From NCBI GenBank assembly GCA_034659995.1, contig JAYEIH010000068.1:1-53496 (forward strand): 53,496 nucleotides of DNA. The letters are read 5' to 3'. The notes under the pieces were generated by a model. That model saw nothing but the letters and a program-made list of their open reading frames with translations. It made no database searches and was not told the origin of the DNA. This stretch comes from Methanobacteriota archaeon (lineage in GTDB: Archaea; Methanobacteriota_B; Thermococci; Methanofastidiosales; B48-G16). The position numbers and the translations under genes were made by a program. Positions within the stretch are counted from its first letter, which is position 1. Every line of letters begins with the position of its first letter. This document shows positions 25,555 to 33,103 of this stretch, one piece after another.

Positions 25555-26288
25555 CCCTCCGCGAATTTTAGGAAAGCATCCTCAAGTGAGTTTGTCTCTG
25601 TTTCTTTAAGCAGTTCCTCAGGAGTTCCTTCGGCGATCAGCTGCCCCTTTCTCATGAAACCTATCCTATCGCAGTGTCTCGCTTCATCCATGTAATGTGT
25701 TGTGATTAGAAGGGTAATACCGCCGCTTTTAAGCTCATTGAAATGGCCCCAGAACGAGACCCTCAACTCTGGATCCACGCCTACTGTCGGTTCATCAAGG
25801 AAGAGAAGTTTAGGCTCGTGGATCAATGCGCAGGCCAGAGAGAGTCTGTGCTTCATCCCACCGCTCAGGTTCGCAACTAACTCATCTCGCCGCCCCTGCA
25901 GATCTACAAACTCAAGAAGCTCTTTTTCTCTTTTGAGGATCTCATCCTTTTTAAGCCCAAATATCTGACCATAGAAACCCATATTCTGGTGCACTGTTAA
26001 TCCGACATACAGTGCCATCACCTGAGGCATGTACCCTATGGACTGTGCCGTGCTTTTATCCGGGATCTTCTTCCCGAGAACGTAGGACTCTCCATCGGTA
26101 GCTTTTAAGAGATCGCACAGTACTTTTATAGTCGTTGTTTTGCCGGCGCCGTTCGGTCCGAGTAAGCCGTAGATCTCGCCTTCTTTCACCTTAAGGCTCA
26201 GCGAGTCCACTGCTGTAAGTTCTCCGAATTTCTTTGTCAAGTTTTTTGTTTCTATTACTGACATAGTGTCATCTCTTTTTAGTTCCAT
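25551..26288 (-). CDS. ABC transporter ATP-binding protein (daunorubicin/ABC-2 type)
   Basis: Walker A is GPNGAGKTT, the signature is LSGGMKHRL, and Walker B is LLFLDEPTVGVD. An alternative start ATG is at 26264. Confidence 0.9.
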   Translation of the reverse strand: MELKRDDTMSVIETKNLTKKFGELTAVDSLSLKVKEGEIYGLLGPNGAGKTTTIKVLCDLLKATDGESYVLGKKIPDKSTAQSIGYMPQVMALYVGLTVHQNMGFYGQIFGLKKDEILKREKELLEFVDLQGRRDELVANLSGGMKHRLSLACALIHEPKLLFLDEPTVGVDPELRVSFWGHFNELKSGGITLLITTHYMDEARHCDRIGFMRKGQLIAEGTPEELLKETETNSLEDAFLKFAEG

Positions 26289-26856
26289 TTACAAATATTT
26301 CTACAAACTTTTGTATGGAGTCTTGGTTCATCTCCATGAAGACATCCTCTCCTAAGAAACCCTTTGCGATAACTGATCGGAAAAAGAAGCTGAAGAATGC
26401 AATGGCGGCTATATTGGGATCGATGTTTCTGAGTAACCCTTTACTCTTAGCTTGAGAAAAGTACTCTATAAGTTTTCCAAGAACCTCGAACGGTGCTGAT
26501 GATATATGTTCGAAGACCTCAGGATTCCTGCTGGTCTCTACCATGACTATCTTCATGAACTTTGCTCTTGGGACCATGTTTTTGAACACGAACATTCCAA
26601 TTTTGGTGAGATCTGCGGGTATATCTTCTGTCGGTATCATACCCCCTTCTGGTATTTTGTCCTCAACATCTGCTTCTCGTTCCAGAACAGCGTAAAAAAG
26701 GTTTCTTTTAGAGCCGAAGTGCCGAAAAAGGGTTACCTCGGTTATTCCTGCCTTCTCTGCGATTCTCTTCGTCGTCGTTCCGATGTAGCCGTGGCAGGAG
26801 AATAACTTCAGACCAGCGTCGAGGATCTTTTTCTCTGTCTTCTCTTTCGGTGACAT
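26269..26856 (-). CDS. TetR/AcrR family transcriptional regulator
   Basis: The N-terminal HTH is GYIGTTTKRIAEKAGITEVTLFRHFGSKRNLF. Confidence 0.85.
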   Translation of the reverse strand: MSPKEKTEKKILDAGLKLFSCHGYIGTTTKRIAEKAGITEVTLFRHFGSKRNLFYAVLEREADVEDKIPEGGMIPTEDIPADLTKIGMFVFKNMVPRAKFMKIVMVETSRNPEVFEHISSAPFEVLGKLIEYFSQAKSKGLLRNIDPNIAAIAFFSFFFRSVIAKGFLGEDVFMEMNQDSIQKFVEIFVNGTKKR

Positions 26857-26865
26857 GCAAATGAT

Positions 26866-26879
26866 AGTAAGTACTTACT
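26866..26879. promoter_or_regulatory. perfect 14-bp palindrome, candidate TetR operator
   Basis: AGTAAGTACTTACT lies 10 nt upstream of the TetR ATG and downstream of a TATA-like element at about 26912-26925. Confidence 0.45.
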
Positions 26880-26940
26880 TAAAAAGGTTTCGATTAGGGT
26901 GTAACTTTTTTAGAGTATATAAATGTACTACTAATATCTA

Positions 26941-27281
26941 TCACTCAGATCTCCCAACGAACAAGTACAGAACAACGCCAATCACCACGAGTAGAACAAT
27001 GAAACTTCCACGATACAAGGGGGCCCCGCTGGTGGAGGTGAGGTTTCTGCATCACTTCCGTATTGCCCCCTAAGTTGCCATAATCTATAAAATGACTGTA
27101 GATGCTGCTGCCGTCATGAACTATGATATCTCCATTGCTGCAGAAATCAAAGTAGTATCCCTTCCATCCCCCCTGAAAATCATTGTTTATACTGTAGTTC
27201 TCAAAAATAGAGGGGGGTGTAGAAGAAGAATAAGAATAATAAAAGAAAAAAAGAGAGTTTTTTGGATTTAGACCTAATCAT
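26941..27281 (-). pseudogene. small signal-peptide + C-terminal TM-anchor protein interrupted by two homopolymer frameshifts
   Basis: ATG 27279-27281 (ATGATTAG overlap with the upstream stop) gives MIRSKSKKLSFFLLLFLFFFYTP. The frame is lost at the G6 run 27212-27217 (C6 on the coding strand). The middle part ..SIFENYSINNDFQGGWKGYYFDFCSNGD.. loses frame again at the G5/C4 run 27019-27027. The tail is YRGSFIVLLVVIGVVLYLFVGRSE. Confidence 0.55.
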
Positions 27282-28110
27282 AATATTTTCTCCTTATCAG
27301 TAGAGAAGCGGCGATGTACACCATTCCTATCCAGAGCGTCACGGGGACTGAACATTTCAGATTTTGTTTTATCAGTGCTAAATACTCTTGTTTCATGAGG
27401 GGATATTCCTTTTCAGAAAAATAGGGTAATTTTCCCCCCTTTTTCATGAGGGTATCAAAAGATTTGAGAGTTCCTAGATCAAATAGGGCTTTCACCGTTT
27501 CACCCCCTTCAATATTTACTTTGTATCTCTGTATCATATTGTTATGGAAGTTTTTTAAACTTTGGATGTCTGTATCCTCTTCAATCTTTTTTTTGACAAA
27601 CTGATATTCTCTCTGTATCTTTTCATGGTCGGAAAGTTCTTTATCTAAAAATTCTAAGAATTCTCGCCAGATCTCCTTGTTCCAATCCCCTGTTTTAATA
27701 CTGCTTTCAATTTCAAAGCTCCTAATATAATCATGAAGCTCGATCCAACTATTTTCTGCACCTTCTGTCAGACAATATGTTACTTCATCCACGTAGTTCC
27801 ACTTTTTCATGCTCATTTTTTTTGATCTAAACGGAATTAGCGAAAAAATGTCTCCTGATTCTGTGTCTTCTATTTCATGAAATAAAATTTCATTAGTGTA
27901 ATTAGAGCTGGCATTCATTTTTTTAATATAAAATACTTCATTGTTTTTAGTTTGTTTGGCTATGTCTCTCGAGAGATTCTCCAGAACAGCGTCTTTCCAT
28001 TCGTCAAATTCCTGTTTCTCCTGATAGTTTTGATAAACTGAGGTGGCATAGAAACTAAGGAAAAAAATAAAAAGAGAAACTATGGCGTATCTTTGGTATT
28101 GCTTTTTCAT
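27274..28110 (-). CDS. hypothetical protein with N- and C-terminal TM segments
   Basis: 278 aa. The N-terminal anchor is YAIVSLFIFFLSFYATSV and the C-terminal TM is VTLWIGMVYIAASLLI. No family recognised. Confidence 0.5.
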   Translation of the reverse strand: MKKQYQRYAIVSLFIFFLSFYATSVYQNYQEKQEFDEWKDAVLENLSRDIAKQTKNNEVFYIKKMNASSNYTNEILFHEIEDTESGDIFSLIPFRSKKMSMKKWNYVDEVTYCLTEGAENSWIELHDYIRSFEIESSIKTGDWNKEIWREFLEFLDKELSDHEKIQREYQFVKKKIEEDTDIQSLKNFHNNMIQRYKVNIEGGETVKALFDLGTLKSFDTLMKKGGKLPYFSEKEYPLMKQEYLALIKQNLKCSVPVTLWIGMVYIAASLLIRRKYYD

Positions 28111-28134
28111 TCTTAAGCACCGTCTTCCAGTTAT

Positions 28135-28273
28135 CTATGTGGGCGGATCATTTTTATACCCCATCCTGTAAACAAGGTACACCAGCCAGACAGCAATAGT
28201 TAACGGGCATAAGATCTTTAAATCGCTCACAAAAAATCGTATGTATTCAACAGAGAACTTTTTTTATCCACAC
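28135..28273 (-). pseudogene. possible 45-codon membrane peptide gene broken at an A7 run
   Basis: GGAGGAGG SD (28277-28284) precedes GTG 28273. The frame stops after 8 codons. Removing one A from the run at 28259-28265 gives MWIKKFSVEYIRFFVSDLKILCPLTIAVWLVYLVYRMGYKNDPPT. Confidence 0.25.
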
Positions 28274-28439
28274 AGTCCTCCTCCTATTTCGTTTTTTTTG
28301 GTTTATATGCACATATCTCAGTTTTCACCATGCATTGTCATTTTTCTGTAGGGATATAAGCTTTGTGTGCATTTGTACATACAAGTGTAGCTACTGTTGC
28401 GTTATTAGTCATACGTTTATGTGTTCGATAAAATTCAGA

Positions 28440-30293
28440 CTAACCCTCTCTTTTTTCTTCAATAACCCCTTCTTTCGTTTTACGTTCCTCTTCTTTCCGT
28501 TGCAAAACCTTGTCACGCGTAAGATACAGTATAACGGGGACTGCTACCATGAACGGAATGAACAGCATGGCTGTATCATAAGGACTCTCATTGAACCCAT
28601 AGCTAATAACTAAAAATAGCACAAGGAAGAACAAACAAGGAGACATCGTAATTTTCATCTTATTTTTTCCTCTTTCACTCAACAACAAAGGAACTGAAGA
28701 GAGGAGAACCAACAAGAGGTAGATCACAGCGGGAAGAAAAACTGAGTTGTAAAGGATAAGAGGAGCAACGTACTCAATCGGTTCAGGTGGTACAATTGTA
28801 ATAATAAAAAAACTAACTGAGAAAGGGATATAAAAGCTAAAAAATAGAGAAACCATACTCTGCCGGAACTCTTCCACCAGAAAGAGGAGGACTGCTAAGG
28901 AAGGAATTGCAATAAGACCCCCATAAAGAATAGTATAAATGATAATATTCTCAATAGGAGAGATACTCCCCTGAAACCAAAAGAGAGAGTTTGGTGTCAA
29001 ACTAAAAATTCCTATCAGTATCATTAGTTTATGGGTCAAACTCAATTTTTTGATTGTCTTTCTCTTTTTCCATAATAGAAAGCCTATAAGAAAGAATACA
29101 AGAATGAGTATTATGAGAATCAAATATGGATAAATGGTATTTTTTTTAGGACCGATACAATAGATATTTGCTGTAGCAGCGTAGATCTTTCCGTTGGCAA
29201 TGGTCATCGGGGTACTCCATGCGAGAAGATCTTCTTTGTACCCCCATATTTTTTCCCCTGTCTCTGCGTCTATAGAGTAGAGATAGGATGGGGTGACACG
29301 TACATATACCCTATTATCTGCGACAACAAGAGAGAGGAATGTTGCATCTCCTCTCTCCATGTATCTCCATAACACCTCCCCGGTGCCAGCATCAAGACAG
29401 TAAATACTGCTGCTCCCGTCATCCATCATCCAGATACTGAGGTATATCCTTTCGTTGCCTAAGGCCAAGGAGTCGGGATATTTTATATCTGCATTTCTCC
29501 ATATCGTCTTACCCGTCTCAGTATTCAGACAGTAAATACCACCATCTGCTACACCTACCGCATAGAGCCTTCCAGCACCAATAAGGATAGGATCGCCTGT
29601 TATTTCCTTTCTCAGTCTCCATAGTTCTTCTCCTGTAGATGCATCGATACAAAGAAGACATCCTCTCGATGCCAAATAGACCCTGTTGTCATAAAAGGAC
29701 GGAGAGGGATATACAGCGTTGTCTGTTTGATAACTCCATATTTTCTTTCCCGTTTCTGCGTCGAGACAGTAGAGGTTATGGTCCCCCGATCCGATATAGA
29801 GCTTGCCATCCACCACAATAGGCGAAGAGTTTACCACATCCCCTGTTTGATAACTCCATCTCTTTTTTCCTGTTTCTGCATCTATGCAGTAGATATTCCC
29901 GTCCAGAGAGCCTACATATACCTTTCCGTTGATAACGCAGGGGGAGGAGGATAGTTCGCCCCAAAAAACAGAATTTACTTCACCCTCTAATTTGTACTTC
30001 CATACTGATTTACCGGTGTCAGCATCGAGACAACAGAGGTTATAGTCCCTCAGTACAATATAGAGCTTATTATTTACAACAGCCGGCGAAGAACGTATCA
30101 TATTTTTTCCTGTTTCATAACACCACAACACCTCCATTTCCGATGGGAGCCTGCACTCTGTATAGTTAGTGTGTTGAGGATTTTTGTACAGCATTGGCCA
30201 TTCGTCATGGGATTCTGCGTGTAGTGGGAAGGAGAGCAATCCCAATAGGCATATGACTGTAATGGCTATCGTCGTTCTTTTGGTAAGTTTCAT
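28440..30293 (-). CDS. PQQ-like beta-propeller repeat protein with C-terminal polytopic membrane domain
   Basis: It has a signal peptide and repeated units such as LYCLDAETGKKIWSYQT and IYCIDAETGKKRWSYQT, followed by about 7 TM helices. Confidence 0.75.
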   Translation of the reverse strand: MKLTKRTTIAITVICLLGLLSFPLHAESHDEWPMLYKNPQHTNYTECRLPSEMEVLWCYETGKNMIRSSPAVVNNKLYIVLRDYNLCCLDADTGKSVWKYKLEGEVNSVFWGELSSSPCVINGKVYVGSLDGNIYCIDAETGKKRWSYQTGDVVNSSPIVVDGKLYIGSGDHNLYCLDAETGKKIWSYQTDNAVYPSPSFYDNRVYLASRGCLLCIDASTGEELWRLRKEITGDPILIGAGRLYAVGVADGGIYCLNTETGKTIWRNADIKYPDSLALGNERIYLSIWMMDDGSSSIYCLDAGTGEVLWRYMERGDATFLSLVVADNRVYVRVTPSYLYSIDAETGEKIWGYKEDLLAWSTPMTIANGKIYAATANIYCIGPKKNTIYPYLILIILILVFFLIGFLLWKKRKTIKKLSLTHKLMILIGIFSLTPNSLFWFQGSISPIENIIIYTILYGGLIAIPSLAVLLFLVEEFRQSMVSLFFSFYIPFSVSFFIITIVPPEPIEYVAPLILYNSVFLPAVIYLLLVLLSSVPLLLSERGKNKMKITMSPCLFFLVLFLVISYGFNESPYDTAMLFIPFMVAVPVILYLTRDKVLQRKEEERKTKEGVIEEKREG

Positions 30294-30353
30294 GTTATTG
30301 CCTGGATTGGTTCTTGTTTAAGAAAAAAATAAAAAAATGAAGTTATTTTAGTT

Positions 30354-31553
30354 TTAGTATCCCATACCAAAGAAAATATCCAAATCTATAGCATAGTTCT
30401 GTCCTGGAGGTAGTTCCTGGTAGTCCTTGAACCGTGCTGAGACGTTAACTGTTGTGCGGAACTTTTTATTATGGCTAAAGTAGTTGTGTCTTTGTCTATG
30501 ATCATAGGCCTGAGACACATTGTTGCCTCCTGCAGTCTTAGCCCCAAAAACGGGTTGTCCCTCAACAGTTGCCGACTGAATTGTCAGCTGGTCAACGTCA
30601 TACGCCGGCTGTACAGCGGCATGTATATTGATGTCGTAATCCATCCAAAATATCCTCCACCACGAAGGGTGACCCCAGAATGCATCGGTTCGTAAGGAGT
30701 ACTCACGTCCGTTGTATACAGTTTCCTTATGGGGGCTTATGTGGGCCGAGGTGTACAATTCTGCTACTGAATACCCCTCTGTCTCTTTCTGTTTCAGGAC
30801 AGACTCAGCTTTGTAACCATATTTCTTGGATAGTTCTTCTATTTCCATAATAGTTATTTTTTCGGCGTTCTTAAGCTCGGTCGATATAGTCTCTGCACTT
30901 TTAGCTAACTGCAAAGCAAGGGTATATGCATTCTGTGAAAGATCCAATAGATCTCCCGGCTTAGTTATATCAAAGGTTCTCCCTTTTCCAAGATCAGTAG
31001 TCGCCAAAGATCTCACGACTTGGTACACATCAAAATTCTGAGGTACTTCCGTAGAAGTTACTGCCATCCGTTTAGTGAGACCGCTGACGGATGCAGCTGC
31101 TTCTGCCCTAATGATCCACGTTTGATAAAGTTCTTGACTTTTTGTTGGTGTTTCTTCGTTTCCCCATCTCTGTGTCTTGGTAGGTCCCAATGTAAGATAA
31201 TTTATCAGCGAGCTCAGCAGTATCCATCTTCTTTCTACCTCCGTAATTCTGTACGCTCCTTTCTCTAGAAATCTCGTTTTATCCAGTAAAAAGTAGTATT
31301 CATGATCTCCGTCTTCGAACGAAGTTCGGCAGACGTAGTTTTCACCTTCTTTGTGCATCTTATGTTGTTCTCCGTCCAGTACCAGAACCGCTTTCTCTGC
31401 ATTCGATTCAATGCTGAACTCGAGCATGAAGTACTTCGAGTTCTGGATCGATGGATTTCTTGCATAGGGTTTCTGGTTTTCCGCACTTACAGTCCCCAAT
31501 GTTGCCGCAAGTATTACAGCAGCAACGAACAAACTTAGTAGTTTTCTGTTCAT
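30354..31553 (-). CDS. secreted hypothetical protein
   Basis: 399 aa with signal peptide MNRKLLSLFVAAVILAATLGTVSA. No family recognised. Confidence 0.5.
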   Translation of the reverse strand: MNRKLLSLFVAAVILAATLGTVSAENQKPYARNPSIQNSKYFMLEFSIESNAEKAVLVLDGEQHKMHKEGENYVCRTSFEDGDHEYYFLLDKTRFLEKGAYRITEVERRWILLSSLINYLTLGPTKTQRWGNEETPTKSQELYQTWIIRAEAAASVSGLTKRMAVTSTEVPQNFDVYQVVRSLATTDLGKGRTFDITKPGDLLDLSQNAYTLALQLAKSAETISTELKNAEKITIMEIEELSKKYGYKAESVLKQKETEGYSVAELYTSAHISPHKETVYNGREYSLRTDAFWGHPSWWRIFWMDYDINIHAAVQPAYDVDQLTIQSATVEGQPVFGAKTAGGNNVSQAYDHRQRHNYFSHNKKFRTTVNVSARFKDYQELPPGQNYAIDLDIFFGMGY

Positions 31554-31611
31554 TTCTTATCACCTAATATGTTATACTTTGCAACGACATAAATAGTTTT
31601 TCCCTGCATTT

Positions 31612-31637
31612 CTGCAACAGCTTATAAACTGTTGCAG
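31612..31637. promoter_or_regulatory. 9-bp perfect inverted repeat flanking a TATA-like core, candidate operator
   Basis: CTGCAACAG-cttataaa-CTGTTGCAG lies in the divergent region between the secreted-protein gene and the wHTH gene. Confidence 0.4.
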
Positions 31638-31721
31638 GATACGTGAAACGATCTGATGAACAACAATGATAAGCATTAATTGAACATAACATTTATAAAT
31701 GTAACGTTTCATGTCAACGTA

Positions 31722-32051
31722 ATGGTCGAGAAAAAGAAAGAAACAGAGGAGCGCCGGAACCCTATCGTTATCGATCTTGAGAAGAAGATCCTCATTGGAG
31801 AGATCGACACGATCATCGATAAGGAGAAAGTCCTTCAAGAAGACGGGATTTCCATAGAAGAGATGTCCAGCGATGAACAGGTCATTTTTGGCATTATACA
31901 AAAGAAGGAGGAGATATATCAGTCCGAGCTTCCGGAGATCACGGGGTACAGCAGATCGAAGATCTCCAGAACCATAAGAGATATGGTAAATAAGGACATA
32001 ATAGAGAGGGAGGAAAAGGGAATGAGTTTTTTGCTCAGATTAAAAAGATGA
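31722..32051 (+). CDS. winged-helix (MarR/ArsR-like) DNA-binding protein
   Basis: IYQSELPEITGYSRSKISRTIRDMVNKDIIEREEKG is the HTH motif. ATG 31722 is favoured as start over the upstream TTG at 31680. Confidence 0.6.
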   Translation: MVEKKKETEERRNPIVIDLEKKILIGEIDTIIDKEKVLQEDGISIEEMSSDEQVIFGIIQKKEEIYQSELPEITGYSRSKISRTIRDMVNKDIIEREEKGMSFLLRLKR

Positions 32052-32102
32052 AATGATCTTCTACCGGTTCACCAAATAGTACGTTGTGGGCAGTGGTGGA
32101 TC

Positions 32103-32118
32103 GAAACCTTTTTAAATA
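32103..32118 (+). promoter_or_regulatory. BRE/TATA promoter of the his operon
   Basis: GAAACC (BRE-like) and TTTTTAAATA are centred about 22-27 nt upstream of ATG 32136/32139. Confidence 0.4.
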
Positions 32119-32135
32119 CAGGCCCATAAAAACAT

Positions 32136-32216
32136 ATGATGTGTCCTGATCAGAAATGTACAAGAAGGAACATAAGCATTTCTAAGGTAGTGGCAGGACT
32201 GCATCACCATCGATAA
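32136..32216 (+). CDS. candidate his-operon leader peptide (26 codons, ends HHHR)
   Basis: It encodes MMCPDQKCTRRNISISKVVAGLHHHR-stop, with CAT CAC CAT at 32202-32210. It is leaderless relative to the TATA at 32111-32118. Its stop lies 20 nt before the hisG SD. Confidence 0.3.
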   Translation: MMCPDQKCTRRNISISKVVAGLHHHR

Positions 32217-32248
32217 AATAATCTCCTTTGTTAAGGGGAGGTGCTATT

Positions 32249-33103
32249 TTGGCAAAATTACGAATTGTTATACCGAAGGGTAGGATCTATGGAAATGTGA
32301 TCGGCCTCATAGAGGATGCGGGCATTGCAGTAGAGGTAGATGAACGGTCGTACAGGCCCGTTGTTAGTAATGAGGGCCTGGAGATAAAAATAATGAAACC
32401 CCAAAATATCCCGAGCCTTGTGGAGCTCGGATCTCACGATCTGGGATTCACAGGATATGATTGGGTCAAGGAGACAGGTGCAGAGGTTACCGAGGTGATG
32501 GATCTTGGCTTCGATCCCGTGCGGATCGTTGCTGCTGTTCCCCAAAATCTTCTCAATGTAGATCTTCATGAAAGAAAAATGGTTGTAGCCTCGGAGTATC
32601 GAAAAATTACGGAGTCATTTCTTGAGAAAAAGGGATACGACCATGTTTTTTTACGAACATACGGTGCTACCGAGGTATTTCCTCCTGACGATGCCGATAT
32701 GATTGTGGATAACACTTCCACGGGTAGGACTCTAGAGGCTAACAACCTACATGTTCTTGCAACGCTGATGGAATCCTCCACCCGCCTCATTGCAAACAGA
32801 GCAGCGCTGCGGGATCCGGAAAAAAAGGAGAAGATTAATGAGCTGAAAACACTTTTTCAGGCAGTTCTCGATGCCAGAGAGAGGGTCATGCTGGAGATGA
32901 ACATTCCCAAAGGGAAGGCGGATGAAATTATCAAAGCACTTCCCTGCATGCGGTCGCCAACGGTAGCGCCTCTTTACGGCAAGGAGGGGTACGCCATAAA
33001 AGTGGCTGTGAAGAGAACAGAGGCGGCAAAACTCATACCGCGAGTCAAGAAACTTGGTGCCACCGATATACTGGAGTACAATCCTATGAAGGTGGTGATA
33101 TGA
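32249..33103 (+). CDS. hisG: ATP phosphoribosyltransferase (long form)
   Basis: KLRIVIPKGRIY.. is followed by a C-terminal regulatory domain. The TTG 32249 start is preceded by GGAGGTG; the longest ORF starts at TTG 32228. Confidence 0.9.
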   Translation: MAKLRIVIPKGRIYGNVIGLIEDAGIAVEVDERSYRPVVSNEGLEIKIMKPQNIPSLVELGSHDLGFTGYDWVKETGAEVTEVMDLGFDPVRIVAAVPQNLLNVDLHERKMVVASEYRKITESFLEKKGYDHVFLRTYGATEVFPPDDADMIVDNTSTGRTLEANNLHVLATLMESSTRLIANRAALRDPEKKEKINELKTLFQAVLDARERVMLEMNIPKGKADEIIKALPCMRSPTVAPLYGKEGYAIKVAVKRTEAAKLIPRVKKLGATDILEYNPMKVVI

